From Candidatus Bathyarchaeota archaeon (GTDB lineage: Archaea > Thermoproteota > Bathyarchaeia > Hecatellales > Hecatellaceae), in contig JBQPWD010000002.1 of assembly GCA_052246995.1 (NCBI GenBank), positions 75,307 through 139,306 on the forward strand: DNA of 64,000 nucleotides. Direction: 5' to 3'. The position numbers and the translations under genes are program-made. The notes under the pieces are model-generated. The model was given only the letters and a program-made list of their open reading frames with translations, did no database searches and was not told the origin of the DNA. Below are positions 17,678 through 27,824 of the stretch, piece by piece (positions within the stretch are counted from its first letter, which is position 1; each line of letters begins with the position of its first letter).

Positions 17678-19075
17678 GTGGTACGAATGAAATACGGTGG
17701 CCTCCTATCATATATTGCGGGGGTTATCGTAGCTACACTTTTATCTTTAATGTTTAACCTTCAACCAAGCCAGGTAATATCGGTTGTATGCTTTATTGGA
17801 ATAATTCTTGGTGCAATATTTTTCTGGAGGCTTAGGGTTGCATTTGCACTTGCAGGTATAGCCTTAATGCTTTTTACAGGAGTTTTAGATGTACCCCACC
17901 TAATAGAGTATGCACACTTTGATGTTATACTTTTCCTTGTAGGCATGATGACTATCATAGGTTTTCTTGAGGAGAAAGGTTTTTTCGAATACCTATTAAA
18001 CCTACTTTTCAAGGTTTTTAGTAGAAGCGGTAAACTGCTTTTCTCAGGACTACTTATACTTTCAGCTTTGTTTGCAGCCTTAGTTGACGAAGTCACATCA
18101 ATACTGTTTATTACAGCCTTAACTTTGAGAATAACCAAAAAATACAACCTTGACATTTTACCCATGGTTATAGCAACGGTTATGGCTACAAACGTTGGAA
18201 GCAGCTACACAGTTATAGGTAACCCAATAGGTGTTCTTATAGCGTTTGAAGGAAAACTTACATTTTTAGACTTTATTCGATGGGCAACACCAATAGGAAT
18301 TGTGGTTTTAATTTTAACAATCTTCCTGGCGCTTGTTTATTGGAAGCCTTACGTTAAAGCCTTGAATGATGGAATGAAAACATTAGGTGTGGAGATGGAG
18401 TCATCAACAAATGGTGGTGGAAAAGTTACTCATAAAACCATGCTTATACCGTGGATTGTTTTTCTTTTAACCATTGGGGGGCTTGCAGTTCACCATCCCA
18501 TTGAAGAGCTTTTACATTTACCTAAAAATAGCTTACTACTTGCAGTCCCAGTTGTTATGGCTGGAGTAGCCCTATTTTTAAGCAGGGAAAAAGCAAGAGA
18601 GATAATTGAGCGCAGGGTTGAATGGTGGTCTCTTGTTTTCTTCATTTTTTTCTTTGCTTGTGTTGGAACATTAGCCTACACCGGGGTAAACAGGCTTATG
18701 GCTGAAGGTATTGTTTCTGCAGCTGGAGCCAATCCCATGCTTATGACAACAGCAATAACATGGACCGCCGGCATTTTAAGCGCATTCATGGATAACATTC
18801 TTGCAGTTGCCACGTTAATATCCATTGTACATGGGCTTGAAGCCTACGGCTATCACCTATTTCCAGTGTGGTGGGGTCTCCTGTTCGGTGCATGTTACCT
18901 TGGAAACTTAACAATGATTGGAAGCACAGCAAACATTGTAGCATTAGGGATTATCGAAAAGGAGAGGAGAAGGTACATAAACTTTATAGACTGGCTTAAA
19001 CCTGGACTTGCAATAGCCATACCTCAGCTTGCTCTTGCAACACTACTACTGCTAACTCAACATTACATGGTTTAA
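17678..19075 (+). CDS. multi-pass membrane transporter of the ArsB/NhaD/citrate-transporter permease superfamily
   Basis: 465 aa, about 12 predicted TM helices with internal repeat halves; no soluble domain. Confidence 0.5.
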   Translation: MVRMKYGGLLSYIAGVIVATLLSLMFNLQPSQVISVVCFIGIILGAIFFWRLRVAFALAGIALMLFTGVLDVPHLIEYAHFDVILFLVGMMTIIGFLEEKGFFEYLLNLLFKVFSRSGKLLFSGLLILSALFAALVDEVTSILFITALTLRITKKYNLDILPMVIATVMATNVGSSYTVIGNPIGVLIAFEGKLTFLDFIRWATPIGIVVLILTIFLALVYWKPYVKALNDGMKTLGVEMESSTNGGGKVTHKTMLIPWIVFLLTIGGLAVHHPIEELLHLPKNSLLLAVPVVMAGVALFLSREKAREIIERRVEWWSLVFFIFFFACVGTLAYTGVNRLMAEGIVSAAGANPMLMTTAITWTAGILSAFMDNILAVATLISIVHGLEAYGYHLFPVWWGLLFGACYLGNLTMIGSTANIVALGIIEKERRRYINFIDWLKPGLAIAIPQLALATLLLLTQHYMV

Positions 19076-19083
19076 AAAACATT

Positions 19084-21750
19084 TTACTGGAAAAATTCCA
19101 GTTTAGCCTCCCTAGGCATTCCTGTAATCTCATTAAAGCTTAAACCTAACGCATCTAAAACCTGTTCAAACGTTGTTTGAATATGTTCAACATACTTTTC
19201 CACGTCCACCTCATCCATTCTTGCATGGGTTATAAGTTTAACACCAGGTTCTCTTCTAACTTTAACATACCTAATAACCGACCCAGCGCCAACATCAACT
19301 TTTTCCTTTTTAGGTAAGAGTTTTAACGCTTTAACATGTTGAGGTGTAGTTTTATCGTAATCTTCAACATCTTTACCTAAAACAACTGTAAAAGCCAACT
19401 CTTCAAGACTGTACTGTCTATTTTTAAGCCTCACATAGCAATCTTTTACAATACTTTTTATTTTTTCTCTTGCTTTATCAAAATCATCCTCACTTTTAAC
19501 CTCTCCAAGAATTTTAATCATTTCAACAAAAGTCTTCTTAAGAAACTCAGGAGTATTTCTTTTCTTACCAGTTAAACCTTTAATTTCAACATTACCGTCA
19601 TGGTAAACTCCAATATAGTTCTTTTTTCTTGTTGAAAAAACAGAATACCTATACTGTTTATCAACATCAAGCTCCATTCCAAGAACATTTTTAGACCACT
19701 CTATAAGAGCTTCAACCTGCTCTTCAGAGGGATTTTTAAGAAACATTGAGTCAGTATCTCCGTAAATTACTTCTATCCCCAACTCCTCCGCCTTCTTGAT
19801 TGTTGTTTTTATAGCATATCTTCCAATGCTTGCTGTTGCCTCAGCCACAAGTGGACAGTAAAGAGCAAAATGCTCTGCACCAAAAACACCATAAGATGCG
19901 TTCAGTATTACTTTAAGAGTTCTCTGAACAACAGAATACCACACCCTAACCTCTTCAGGTAACGTTTTATCTTTAGCCTTAGCCTTATACCACTTTACCC
20001 TTAAATCTCTTAATGAACCTATAACTAGACTTGTTAACCCCTGCCTTCTTTTACAAACCCAGTAATTTGTTTCAGGTATAAGGTTGACTTTGCATTCTTC
20101 ATGAGAACATTTAACAGTTTCATAGGAAAGGTTCCACTTTTTAATTATGCTTGGATAGAGGCTGTTAAAGTCTAAAACTACTACACTAAAGTTTACTCCA
20201 GGTTTAGGTTCAATAACAATAGCCCCTCTATACTTTTTACCCTTAATGATTGAGTGGGTTGATGTTGAACCTTTTACAGCTAAAATTTCCTCAGATGATG
20301 GTATAAGGTAGTTGTTTCTTCTATGTTCCCAGTACATTAAACTTTTAATCCAGTTTGAAACACTCTGCCTTGAAACATCCTCTAAAATCATTCTTGTAAT
20401 TCTTGCTAAAGCTATAATAAGCTTTAGTACAAGGTTTCCATCAAAACTTGCAAGCTTAAAAGTTAACTCTGAATCTCTTAAACAATATGTTGCAAGCTGC
20501 TTATAATCTAACTCTGAAACGTTTTTACTTAACTCAACCTTACCTAAACCAAGAAAAACTAGTGAAATGTCGTGAAGGTTAACCTCCCTATACTTCTGGT
20601 CAAAAGCATAAACCTGAATAGCTTTGTTAAAAAAGAACCTGTAAAGGTCTATGTGAACACTATAGGGAAGGTATGCATATTCTCTAGTTAACTGAATGGG
20701 AACAACTTCTCTTTGAAAACCAAGCTTTTGAGCTCTATGGTAAAGATACTTTAAATCAAATTCATCACCGTTAAATGTTACAATAATGGGGTATTCAACA
20801 AGAAATCTAAAAATTCTGCAAAGAAGCTGAGTTTCATCGTCGTAAAATTCAACTTTAGCATCATTTAACCTGTCAAATTCTTCATCTTTAACTTCACTCC
20901 TTCTAAGAAGTAAAACGTGTTTAACCCCGTCTGAATCTACAATAGAAGCACAAATAACTCTATGTAAAGCCTCTTTAGGGTCTGGAACCCTATCTAAGCC
21001 TGGAGATTCAACCTCAATATCTAAAGCTGCAAATTTTAAATCTGGTAATGGTGTTTCAAGAAGCTTAGACCAGCTTCTTAAATACTGGAAAAACTCTTTA
21101 GGTTCATCTGTAAAAAGTTTTTCAACCTCAAAACTAGTGTTTGTAAGCCTGTTTTTAACAGGTATTCCATCTTCAATGTTGTATGGTAACCCTAAATCTA
21201 AACCCAAATCATAAATGTAACATTCATAGTACTTTATGTCAGCTTCCCAAACTTTTACGTCATGTCTAATCTTTGGTAGAACATCTCTAACTGAACCTGA
21301 AGGTTTCCCTCCTATGGTTAAAGGATCTTGAGCTACAATCTTTGTAACCTTTAATGGTTTATCCATCAGTAAACTAAACTTTTCAACAACCTCAAAATGG
21401 TCTAAACCTTTAACCTCCTTAAGTTCAGGAATGTTTTCAAGCTCCTCAGGTGTAATATTCGTTAGGCAATATGGTTTATGTCCAGTGGTATCACACCAAA
21501 AATAAATTTTCTTATCTTCCGGATTGTAAAACTTTAAAACTACACAACGTTTATCTCCATCATAGCTGGCTGAAAAAAGATACACATTTTTAAGGTTTTT
21601 AGAATTTACACATCTTTCAACAGTTAAACCTTTAAAATAGCTTACCCACTCATCAACAACATTTTTTTGAACATCTTCACTCTTAGAAGAAGGCTTCTCC
21701 TTAACCTCTCCAGCCCTTTCTCCAAAAAAATCCTCTAAGCGGCTTTTCAT
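19084..21750 (-). CDS. polB: family B DNA polymerase
   Basis: Exo I ALDIEVES; Pol A KVILNASYGVFG; Pol C VIYGDTDSMFL; 888 aa; no intein. Confidence 0.9.
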   Translation of the reverse strand: MKSRLEDFFGERAGEVKEKPSSKSEDVQKNVVDEWVSYFKGLTVERCVNSKNLKNVYLFSASYDGDKRCVVLKFYNPEDKKIYFWCDTTGHKPYCLTNITPEELENIPELKEVKGLDHFEVVEKFSLLMDKPLKVTKIVAQDPLTIGGKPSGSVRDVLPKIRHDVKVWEADIKYYECYIYDLGLDLGLPYNIEDGIPVKNRLTNTSFEVEKLFTDEPKEFFQYLRSWSKLLETPLPDLKFAALDIEVESPGLDRVPDPKEALHRVICASIVDSDGVKHVLLLRRSEVKDEEFDRLNDAKVEFYDDETQLLCRIFRFLVEYPIIVTFNGDEFDLKYLYHRAQKLGFQREVVPIQLTREYAYLPYSVHIDLYRFFFNKAIQVYAFDQKYREVNLHDISLVFLGLGKVELSKNVSELDYKQLATYCLRDSELTFKLASFDGNLVLKLIIALARITRMILEDVSRQSVSNWIKSLMYWEHRRNNYLIPSSEEILAVKGSTSTHSIIKGKKYRGAIVIEPKPGVNFSVVVLDFNSLYPSIIKKWNLSYETVKCSHEECKVNLIPETNYWVCKRRQGLTSLVIGSLRDLRVKWYKAKAKDKTLPEEVRVWYSVVQRTLKVILNASYGVFGAEHFALYCPLVAEATASIGRYAIKTTIKKAEELGIEVIYGDTDSMFLKNPSEEQVEALIEWSKNVLGMELDVDKQYRYSVFSTRKKNYIGVYHDGNVEIKGLTGKKRNTPEFLKKTFVEMIKILGEVKSEDDFDKAREKIKSIVKDCYVRLKNRQYSLEELAFTVVLGKDVEDYDKTTPQHVKALKLLPKKEKVDVGAGSVIRYVKVRREPGVKLITHARMDEVDVEKYVEHIQTTFEQVLDALGLSFNEITGMPREAKLEFFQ

Positions 21751-21788
21751 TTCTTGTCCTTAAAATGAACTAGGATACTTCAACCCTA

Positions 21789-22679
21789 TTAGCCTTTTCT
21801 GGATAAACATAAAATTTCAAAAACAGCTTTTGCAGCTTGAATGGCAGTAACTCCAAAATCAAAGTCAGGTGCAACTTCAACAACATCAAAACCTAAAAAT
21901 TTAACCCCACTAAAACCGCCTAATATATTGAAAAGTGTGGAAAAGTTTAAACCATCAGGCTCAGGGTTGGAAACTGCAGGTGCATATGCGGGGTCCAGAA
22001 CATCCATGTCAAGGCTAATGTAAACCTTATCATTTTCTTCAGCAAACTCTCTCAAAATTTTTGATGTGTTGTCTATGCCTAAACTTTTAATCTGTAAAGC
22101 TGTCAAGTATTTAATCTTATTTTTCTCAGCAAACTCAACCTCCTCCTTACATGCCGCTCTAACTCCAACCAAAAATACCCGTTTACCGCCAATTTTTTCG
22201 GTAATTCTACGCATAAATGTTGTATGGGAAAGTCTTCTGTTAAGATATTTGTCTCTTAAATCAAGGTGTGCATCAAAACAGATAAGGTTAAAATTTTCCC
22301 TTTTTAAAGCGTTAACAACACCATAGGTTAGTGTATGCTCCCCGCCTAAAGTTACAGGCACCTTTCCAGTTCTACTTATAATTGAAATAGCTTTCTCAAG
22401 AAGTGTTAAAGCCTCCTCGATACTTTTACATGGTTTAATGTTTCCAATATCATAAATTTTTAAGTCTTCAACGTTAAAGTTAAACCTAAAACTGTATGTT
22501 TCAATGTTTAATGATGCATCCCTAACTTTATCAGGAGCCTTAGAACATCCAAACCTATATGTACATGTAAAGTCAAAAGGAAAACCTAAAATAACATAAC
22601 TTGCATCGTCAAAGCTGGATAAAAACCCAAGAAACTCGTTTTTAGGCTTAGTAAAAAAATCTTTAATTTTATTTTCCAA
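21789..22679 (-). CDS. speB: agmatinase / ureohydrolase (arginase family)
   Basis: GGEHTLTYG, DAHLDL and SLDMDVLDP manganese-ligand motifs. Confidence 0.75.
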   Translation of the reverse strand: MENKIKDFFTKPKNEFLGFLSSFDDASYVILGFPFDFTCTYRFGCSKAPDKVRDASLNIETYSFRFNFNVEDLKIYDIGNIKPCKSIEEALTLLEKAISIISRTGKVPVTLGGEHTLTYGVVNALKRENFNLICFDAHLDLRDKYLNRRLSHTTFMRRITEKIGGKRVFLVGVRAACKEEVEFAEKNKIKYLTALQIKSLGIDNTSKILREFAEENDKVYISLDMDVLDPAYAPAVSNPEPDGLNFSTLFNILGGFSGVKFLGFDVVEVAPDFDFGVTAIQAAKAVFEILCLSRKG

Positions 22680-23643
22680 AAATCCTCTCCATTACAGCTG
22701 CAACAATAATTGGTAGGCAGATTGTTGCATCACCTATAACTTGAACCTTTAAAGCTTTACCCTCAACCTTACCCCATGAAACAGCCTCTTCAAGAGTTGC
22801 TCCTGAAAGTCCTCCTGGTTCCGGCCTGTCAGTTGTAATTTGGACTACATATTTATATGGTTTGTTAACTTTAAATGCCGCCTGAAAAATAAAGTTTTTA
22901 GGTACTCCTCCACCAATAAGCAAAGCACCATTTTCTGAATCATTCTTTTCTATAATTTCAAGAAACTCTAAAACGTCTTTAAACGCATCAACTATAATTC
23001 CCCTCTCTCCATAATGCTTTACATACTCATATTCGGCTAACCCGTAACATGAGTCGTGAAGTGTTGGAACAAAAATGGGCACATTACACTTGTATGCGTT
23101 ATAGATTATTGAATTTTCATCTACAATTCTTTTACCTACTTCCCTCATCAACTCGCATGTGGAGTACGCCTTGTTTTTTGCGTACTTGGCAATATCCCTA
23201 AAAATTTCAATCAAAGGTTTGTCAAATTTTTCTTTAAAGTCAGCTTCAGGAATAAAAACATCGTAAACCCTGTCAACTCCATGTTTGTAAAGCATTTCAT
23301 CGTCAACATGGGTTGTACCTTTATAATGACGCCCTCCAAAAACTTCAAGTAGATCATGAACCATGTTTGCACCTGTACTAACAATAACATCCACCATTTT
23401 ACGCTTAACCATTTCAGTAATAACGTTTCTCATACCTCCTGGAACCATTGCTCCAGCAAGGCCTAAAACTATCAAACATTTTTCTTTAAGCATAGATTCG
23501 TAGATATCTACTGCCTGAGCTAAACGTCCAGCACCAAAACATCCCGAACCAGCCATTTCACGAATAAGCTCATCAACATACATTTTTGGTTTAAGTTTTA
23601 CATGATGAACAACATCCTTAAAAAACTCTTTGTCAAATTTCAA
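22669..23643 (-). CDS. dys: deoxyhypusine synthase
   Basis: About 320 aa with GGGVPKNF and spermidine/NAD-binding motifs characteristic of DHS; overlaps agmatinase by 11 nt. Confidence 0.8.
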   Translation of the reverse strand: MKFDKEFFKDVVHHVKLKPKMYVDELIREMAGSGCFGAGRLAQAVDIYESMLKEKCLIVLGLAGAMVPGGMRNVITEMVKRKMVDVIVSTGANMVHDLLEVFGGRHYKGTTHVDDEMLYKHGVDRVYDVFIPEADFKEKFDKPLIEIFRDIAKYAKNKAYSTCELMREVGKRIVDENSIIYNAYKCNVPIFVPTLHDSCYGLAEYEYVKHYGERGIIVDAFKDVLEFLEIIEKNDSENGALLIGGGVPKNFIFQAAFKVNKPYKYVVQITTDRPEPGGLSGATLEEAVSWGKVEGKALKVQVIGDATICLPIIVAAVMERIFGK

Positions 23644-23832
23644 TACATCTTCCCCCTTTAGCAGATAGCAACGTCTCCTTTTAAGTAAATAGTTACTTTA
23701 ATAAATGTTTAAGCCTTTTAGTTTTTGATAAAGTAAGATGATCTTCCTTTTTAGCATCAACCTCAGCCTACATAGACATTATACTGCAAATCTAAACCTT
23801 ATTAAAGTCCTGAAAAGTTAACAGAACTGGTT

Positions 23833-24654
23833 TTATCCTATTCCGTAGTTTTTAAGTATGCTTTTAATCTTTACAGCGTCTTCTTCAAGAACAGGGCTTT
23901 CACAGATAATGGTGCCTTCAACATTAAAATCTTTTAAAGTTTCTGCCAGAAACCTGAAGTTTATATCTCCCTTTTCAAAAATTAGATGCCTTTTTTCTCC
24001 CGAAGTGGAATACTCAACTTGGGTAAAATGTTGATGAAGATTTTTAAGAGAGTTGCTACCAAGTTTTTTTTCAATTTTTTCTAAAATTTTTACAAAATCA
24101 TCCTTACTTTTCAAGCAGCCGTTACATCTAGCATGAACATGAGCCCAATCTAAAACTATTCTTTGACCTGTTTCATACACGATGTCTAAAACATCATCAA
24201 GAGGTCCAACCTGTGAATGCCGTCCCATTGTTTCAATTCCTATTGGTATGGGACACTGGTTTACTATGCTGTTTATCCCATCTACAATCATCTTTTTAGC
24301 CTCCTCTTTTGAATGCTTACCGTAGTAGGCTGGATGAACAACTGCAAGCTCAGCCTTATAATAGCTTCCAACTTTACATGTTTCAACAATTCTTTGTTGA
24401 GAGTTTTTTACAGTTTGTTTATCTCCACAAAGGTTGATAAAGTATGGAGCATGACATGAAAGCTTAACATTGTACTTTTTAGAATACTCGTAAAGCTTCA
24501 TAGCCACATTTACACCCATTTTAACTCCCCGAACATATTGAACCTCAAGAGCATCCAAACCAACCTCCATACAATATTTTAAAGCCTCATCGTAGCCTCG
24601 ACCCTTCACAGCTAAAGGTATACCTGCAGGTCCAACATTAATCATACTGTCCAC
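23833..24654 (-). CDS. nfo: endonuclease IV-like (AP endonuclease family 2, xylose-isomerase-like TIM barrel)
   Basis: CHAPYFINLCG, AVVHPAYY, IETMGRHSQVG and DWAHVHARCNG resemble the Nfo metal-binding motifs. Confidence 0.6.
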   Translation of the reverse strand: MDSMINVGPAGIPLAVKGRGYDEALKYCMEVGLDALEVQYVRGVKMGVNVAMKLYEYSKKYNVKLSCHAPYFINLCGDKQTVKNSQQRIVETCKVGSYYKAELAVVHPAYYGKHSKEEAKKMIVDGINSIVNQCPIPIGIETMGRHSQVGPLDDVLDIVYETGQRIVLDWAHVHARCNGCLKSKDDFVKILEKIEKKLGSNSLKNLHQHFTQVEYSTSGEKRHLIFEKGDINFRFLAETLKDFNVEGTIICESPVLEEDAVKIKSILKNYGIG

Positions 24655-24763
24655 CTTAACTATACCGTTTCAACAAGCCTACATTGATAGCTTAAACAGC
24701 TTAAAATATTAAGATTTAGTCAAAATCAATATCCTTTATCTTGCTACTAACTTAAGGAGAACT

Positions 24764-24790
24764 TGTAAATTTGTAAATTTGTAAACGTTT
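24764..24790. repeat. tandem repeat (taaatttg)x3 in an intergenic region
   Basis: cttgtaaatttgtaaatttgtaaacg read directly. Confidence 0.6.
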
Positions 24791-24827
24791 TTTGGCAGTT
24801 AGCCTACATTTAGCGGGCTTTTTATTT

Positions 24828-25955
24828 TCAACTTTTTTTAAATTTTTCTTCTACAATTTTTATACCGTCATCTCTAAGCATACTTATAATTTTGTTAAAA
24901 TTTTTTTCATCCATTCCAAGTTTTTCCGGTGGAACTATACCTTTCATCTTTACCTCGTTTTTTGCCAACAATTGAACAACGGTAGAGGCTGTGTATGCCG
25001 TTGTTCTCCCCATTGCTGTTACACCTTTCTCCTCATCATAGTAGTCTAGAAGATGGTAGGAGTAGATGTTTTCTACTTTATCTTTAACCCCGCTTACCTT
25101 AACCTTCATAACTACTAGGTCCTTGATTGACGGAAAACTCAAATTTTTCTCCAGTAGCTTGATGGTTAATTTACGTGGGGAAATGCCGTTTACAGGTTTA
25201 TCATCAAAAAACCCTAATGCCTTCAACATTTTTATTTTTTCTGCATGTCCAGGGTGTCTTAAAGTTTTTTCCCACATGTTTTCCACTTTAACTGTGTGGT
25301 GAAGTGTTCTTACACCATCTGTGTAAAAAGCCTCCAACCTCCCTAAACCTGGAAACTCTAACTCCTCCAAAGCCTCAACTTCAACAGTTTTACCGTTTTT
25401 AACAATTTTTACCTTTCTAGTGTATTCCTCTATTAAGTCTTCAACACACCAAGTTACCTTATAGTTTAGAGGAGGTATGGGTGTTTGAGGTATTCCTCCA
25501 ACAAGTATGACCACGTCTTTAACTTTGTCAAGCATGGTAACAGCCCTACCAACAAGTACGTTGCTTAAGCCAGGAGCAAGTCCACAGTCAGGTATTATGG
25601 TTACGTTTGCCTTTAAAGCATCCTTGTTTAAGGTTAAAGGGTCCTCTGACATGTAGGAAAGGTCTACCATGTTGACACCAGCCTCTATCGCCGCTTTAAC
25701 CGTTTTATAGCCCAGTCTTCCAGGAGACAATCCTATTAAGATGTCAAATTCGCCTGCTGTTTTAACAAGTTTTTTATAGTTGTTAAAGTCTAGTTGAAGA
25801 GGTGTAACATTACTTTTGTTTATGGAGGAAGCAACCTTTTCAACGGAATCCTTGTTTTCATCGGAGATAACAATTTCTGCTGAAGGAATTTTTTCAGATA
25901 GATATCTTACCAAAACTGAGCCTATGTATCCACAACCCATTGTAAGGATTTTCAT
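24828..25955 (-). CDS. saccharopine dehydrogenase-family NAD(P) oxidoreductase (possibly carboxyspermidine-dehydrogenase-like, given polyamine neighbours)
   Basis: N-terminal Rossmann MKILTMGCGYIGSVLVRYL; 375 aa; specific function not determinable from sequence alone. Confidence 0.5.
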   Translation of the reverse strand: MKILTMGCGYIGSVLVRYLSEKIPSAEIVISDENKDSVEKVASSINKSNVTPLQLDFNNYKKLVKTAGEFDILIGLSPGRLGYKTVKAAIEAGVNMVDLSYMSEDPLTLNKDALKANVTIIPDCGLAPGLSNVLVGRAVTMLDKVKDVVILVGGIPQTPIPPLNYKVTWCVEDLIEEYTRKVKIVKNGKTVEVEALEELEFPGLGRLEAFYTDGVRTLHHTVKVENMWEKTLRHPGHAEKIKMLKALGFFDDKPVNGISPRKLTIKLLEKNLSFPSIKDLVVMKVKVSGVKDKVENIYSYHLLDYYDEEKGVTAMGRTTAYTASTVVQLLAKNEVKMKGIVPPEKLGMDEKNFNKIISMLRDDGIKIVEEKFKKS

Positions 25956-26006
25956 ATTTTTCCCGTTTATTCTTGTTTTAAACTTTGATCATGTATACGT
26001 AAATTG

Positions 26007-26270
26007 TTAGATGTCTCCATGTTCCTTTATTTTTGAATCTTCGTAGGGGCTTACCCATCTCCTGTAAAACTCTTGTTGAATACATGTTAACAAACCCATA
26101 ATTCTTTCATAGTTAAAATAGCTTGGCTTGTAAAGAGTTTTTAACGTTTTAGTAAACAAGTAGTTTAACTGTCCATCCCTGTCTTTATCTTCAACCTTTT
26201 CAAAATAGTTTAAGATTTGGTTTAATATTTCATCCAGTTTTAACCTTTTTTCTGGTTTTATGTATGGCAT
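26007..26270 (-). CDS. hypothetical protein (87 aa)
   Basis: ORF with a reasonable start; no recognised motifs. Confidence 0.3.
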   Translation of the reverse strand: MPYIKPEKRLKLDEILNQILNYFEKVEDKDRDGQLNYLFTKTLKTLYKPSYFNYERIMGLLTCIQQEFYRRWVSPYEDSKIKEHGDI

Positions 26271-26650
26271 GGTTACCCCCTAAATTGTTGATTAACCCGT
26301 ATAAGTTTTATAGGTTGATTGGAAAAATTATATTACGTGTAGCAGTTTCAAACATGACAGTTTACGAAGGTATTGAAGCTATGAATGAATGGCTTAATCA
26401 ACTATCTTCACTGTCAGATAAACCGCTAATTCTCCTCCTAATCTACAGCCTGATACTGGTATTGATGTCGGTTGTAATAATTAAGATAGGAAAATAAAAG
26501 CGTTTGTATAGTAGTGCTGTGTTAACATTATGCGTATGGTTTGCATGTTTAAGAAGATGTATTGTGTAAAGAGTCTAAGAACCAGGCCTTTTTATCTATA
26601 GCAAGAAATTTTTAATTGTTTGAACGTGAATCCTGTAAAATAATGGCAGG

Positions 26651-27670
26651 TTAGGTTATACGTCTACTTTCTTCCTCTATTTTCTTTAATGCTTTAAGCC
26701 TTTTAACAATGTTTGGGTGGCTTGAAAAAAGCTCCATAATCCTGTCGGTAAACGTTATTTTCCTGGAAAGTATCTCGTTTACAAGTTGCTGGTCTGTTAA
26801 ACGTCTAAACATTGGAAGGTTTAAAATGCTCACTTCATCCATTTCAGCCCTATCAGGGTCTGAAATAAACAAGGATTTAAACGCTCCTACAGCACCAAGA
26901 GTCTCTTTAGCTTGGAAACTTTTCACCTTGGATGTGTTATGAACTATTTTTGCAAGAGCTTCTGAAAGTTTTCTTGCACCATCATCAACTGTTGTTGCAC
27001 TTCTTCTATCAGCGTAGTACTCCCTGTATCTGCTTAAGCCTAAAACAAAGAGGGATAGTATCCAGTATACAACTAGGCATATAATGCCCAAAATTGCCAG
27101 GTAACCAGCATTGTTACGGCTTCTATAACCTCCAAACCACCCTGAAAGCATTAAAGAATAACCTATAAAGTAGAATATTGCAGGTAAAACAGATACAAAC
27201 ATCATTATCTGAACATCTCTATGCTTTAAATGTCCAAGTTCATGTCCAATAACAGCTTCAACCTCCTCATCCTCTAAAACCTTTAAAAGTTCACTAGTTA
27301 CAGCAACACGCGACCCTGTTAACGGCGATCCGTAAGCAAAGGCGTTGGGTATGGGGATTTGGGCAATCATTACCTTAGGCATTTTTAAACCAATTTTTTC
27401 ACTAAGCCTTTTAACAGTGTTGTAAAGTTTAGGGTTATCCTTTGGTGAAAACTCCCTAGTACGGTAAATACTATCTATTATTTTAGGTGCAAAAAGCCAT
27501 TGAAGAATGTTAAAAACAACAACAAGCATTGCAAGAAGAAGGATGTTTAAAGCTCCAACCAACGTTAGCACTATAGTGAAGAAAAGCGTTGAAAGCATTA
27601 TAATAACGGTAAGGGTTCCATACATGGATAAACGTAGCTTCCATAGACCCATTTTTCCCAACCCCCACAC
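26651..27670 (-). CDS. htpX: HtpX-like M48 membrane zinc protease
   Basis: HELGHLKHRD zinc motif; N-terminal TM helices. Confidence 0.85.
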   Translation of the reverse strand: MWGLGKMGLWKLRLSMYGTLTVIIMLSTLFFTIVLTLVGALNILLLAMLVVVFNILQWLFAPKIIDSIYRTREFSPKDNPKLYNTVKRLSEKIGLKMPKVMIAQIPIPNAFAYGSPLTGSRVAVTSELLKVLEDEEVEAVIGHELGHLKHRDVQIMMFVSVLPAIFYFIGYSLMLSGWFGGYRSRNNAGYLAILGIICLVVYWILSLFVLGLSRYREYYADRRSATTVDDGARKLSEALAKIVHNTSKVKSFQAKETLGAVGAFKSLFISDPDRAEMDEVSILNLPMFRRLTDQQLVNEILSRKITFTDRIMELFSSHPNIVKRLKALKKIEEESRRIT

Positions 27671-27824
27671 ATTTTCTATAAAAGGAAAATTTATGCTGCT
27701 TATAACTTTTACTCCGCTAAAGTTTAAAGTTCAAGTAGTGAAACAGTCGGTTCACACAGTTTCACAGTTTCCCTTAATATCAAGTTTAACGTGTAGTAAT
27801 CTCAAGTTTCGGAGGTGGTAAGGG

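Noticed and set aside
20312-20506. 64-aa plus-strand ORF inside polB
   Set aside because: Antisense to DNA polymerase B.
24792-25049. 85-aa plus-strand ORF and other short plus ORFs (25066..25302, 25816..26010) within the saccharopine-dehydrogenase-family gene region
   Set aside because: Antisense to a 375-aa ORF with a clear Rossmann N-terminus. Low-complexity translations.
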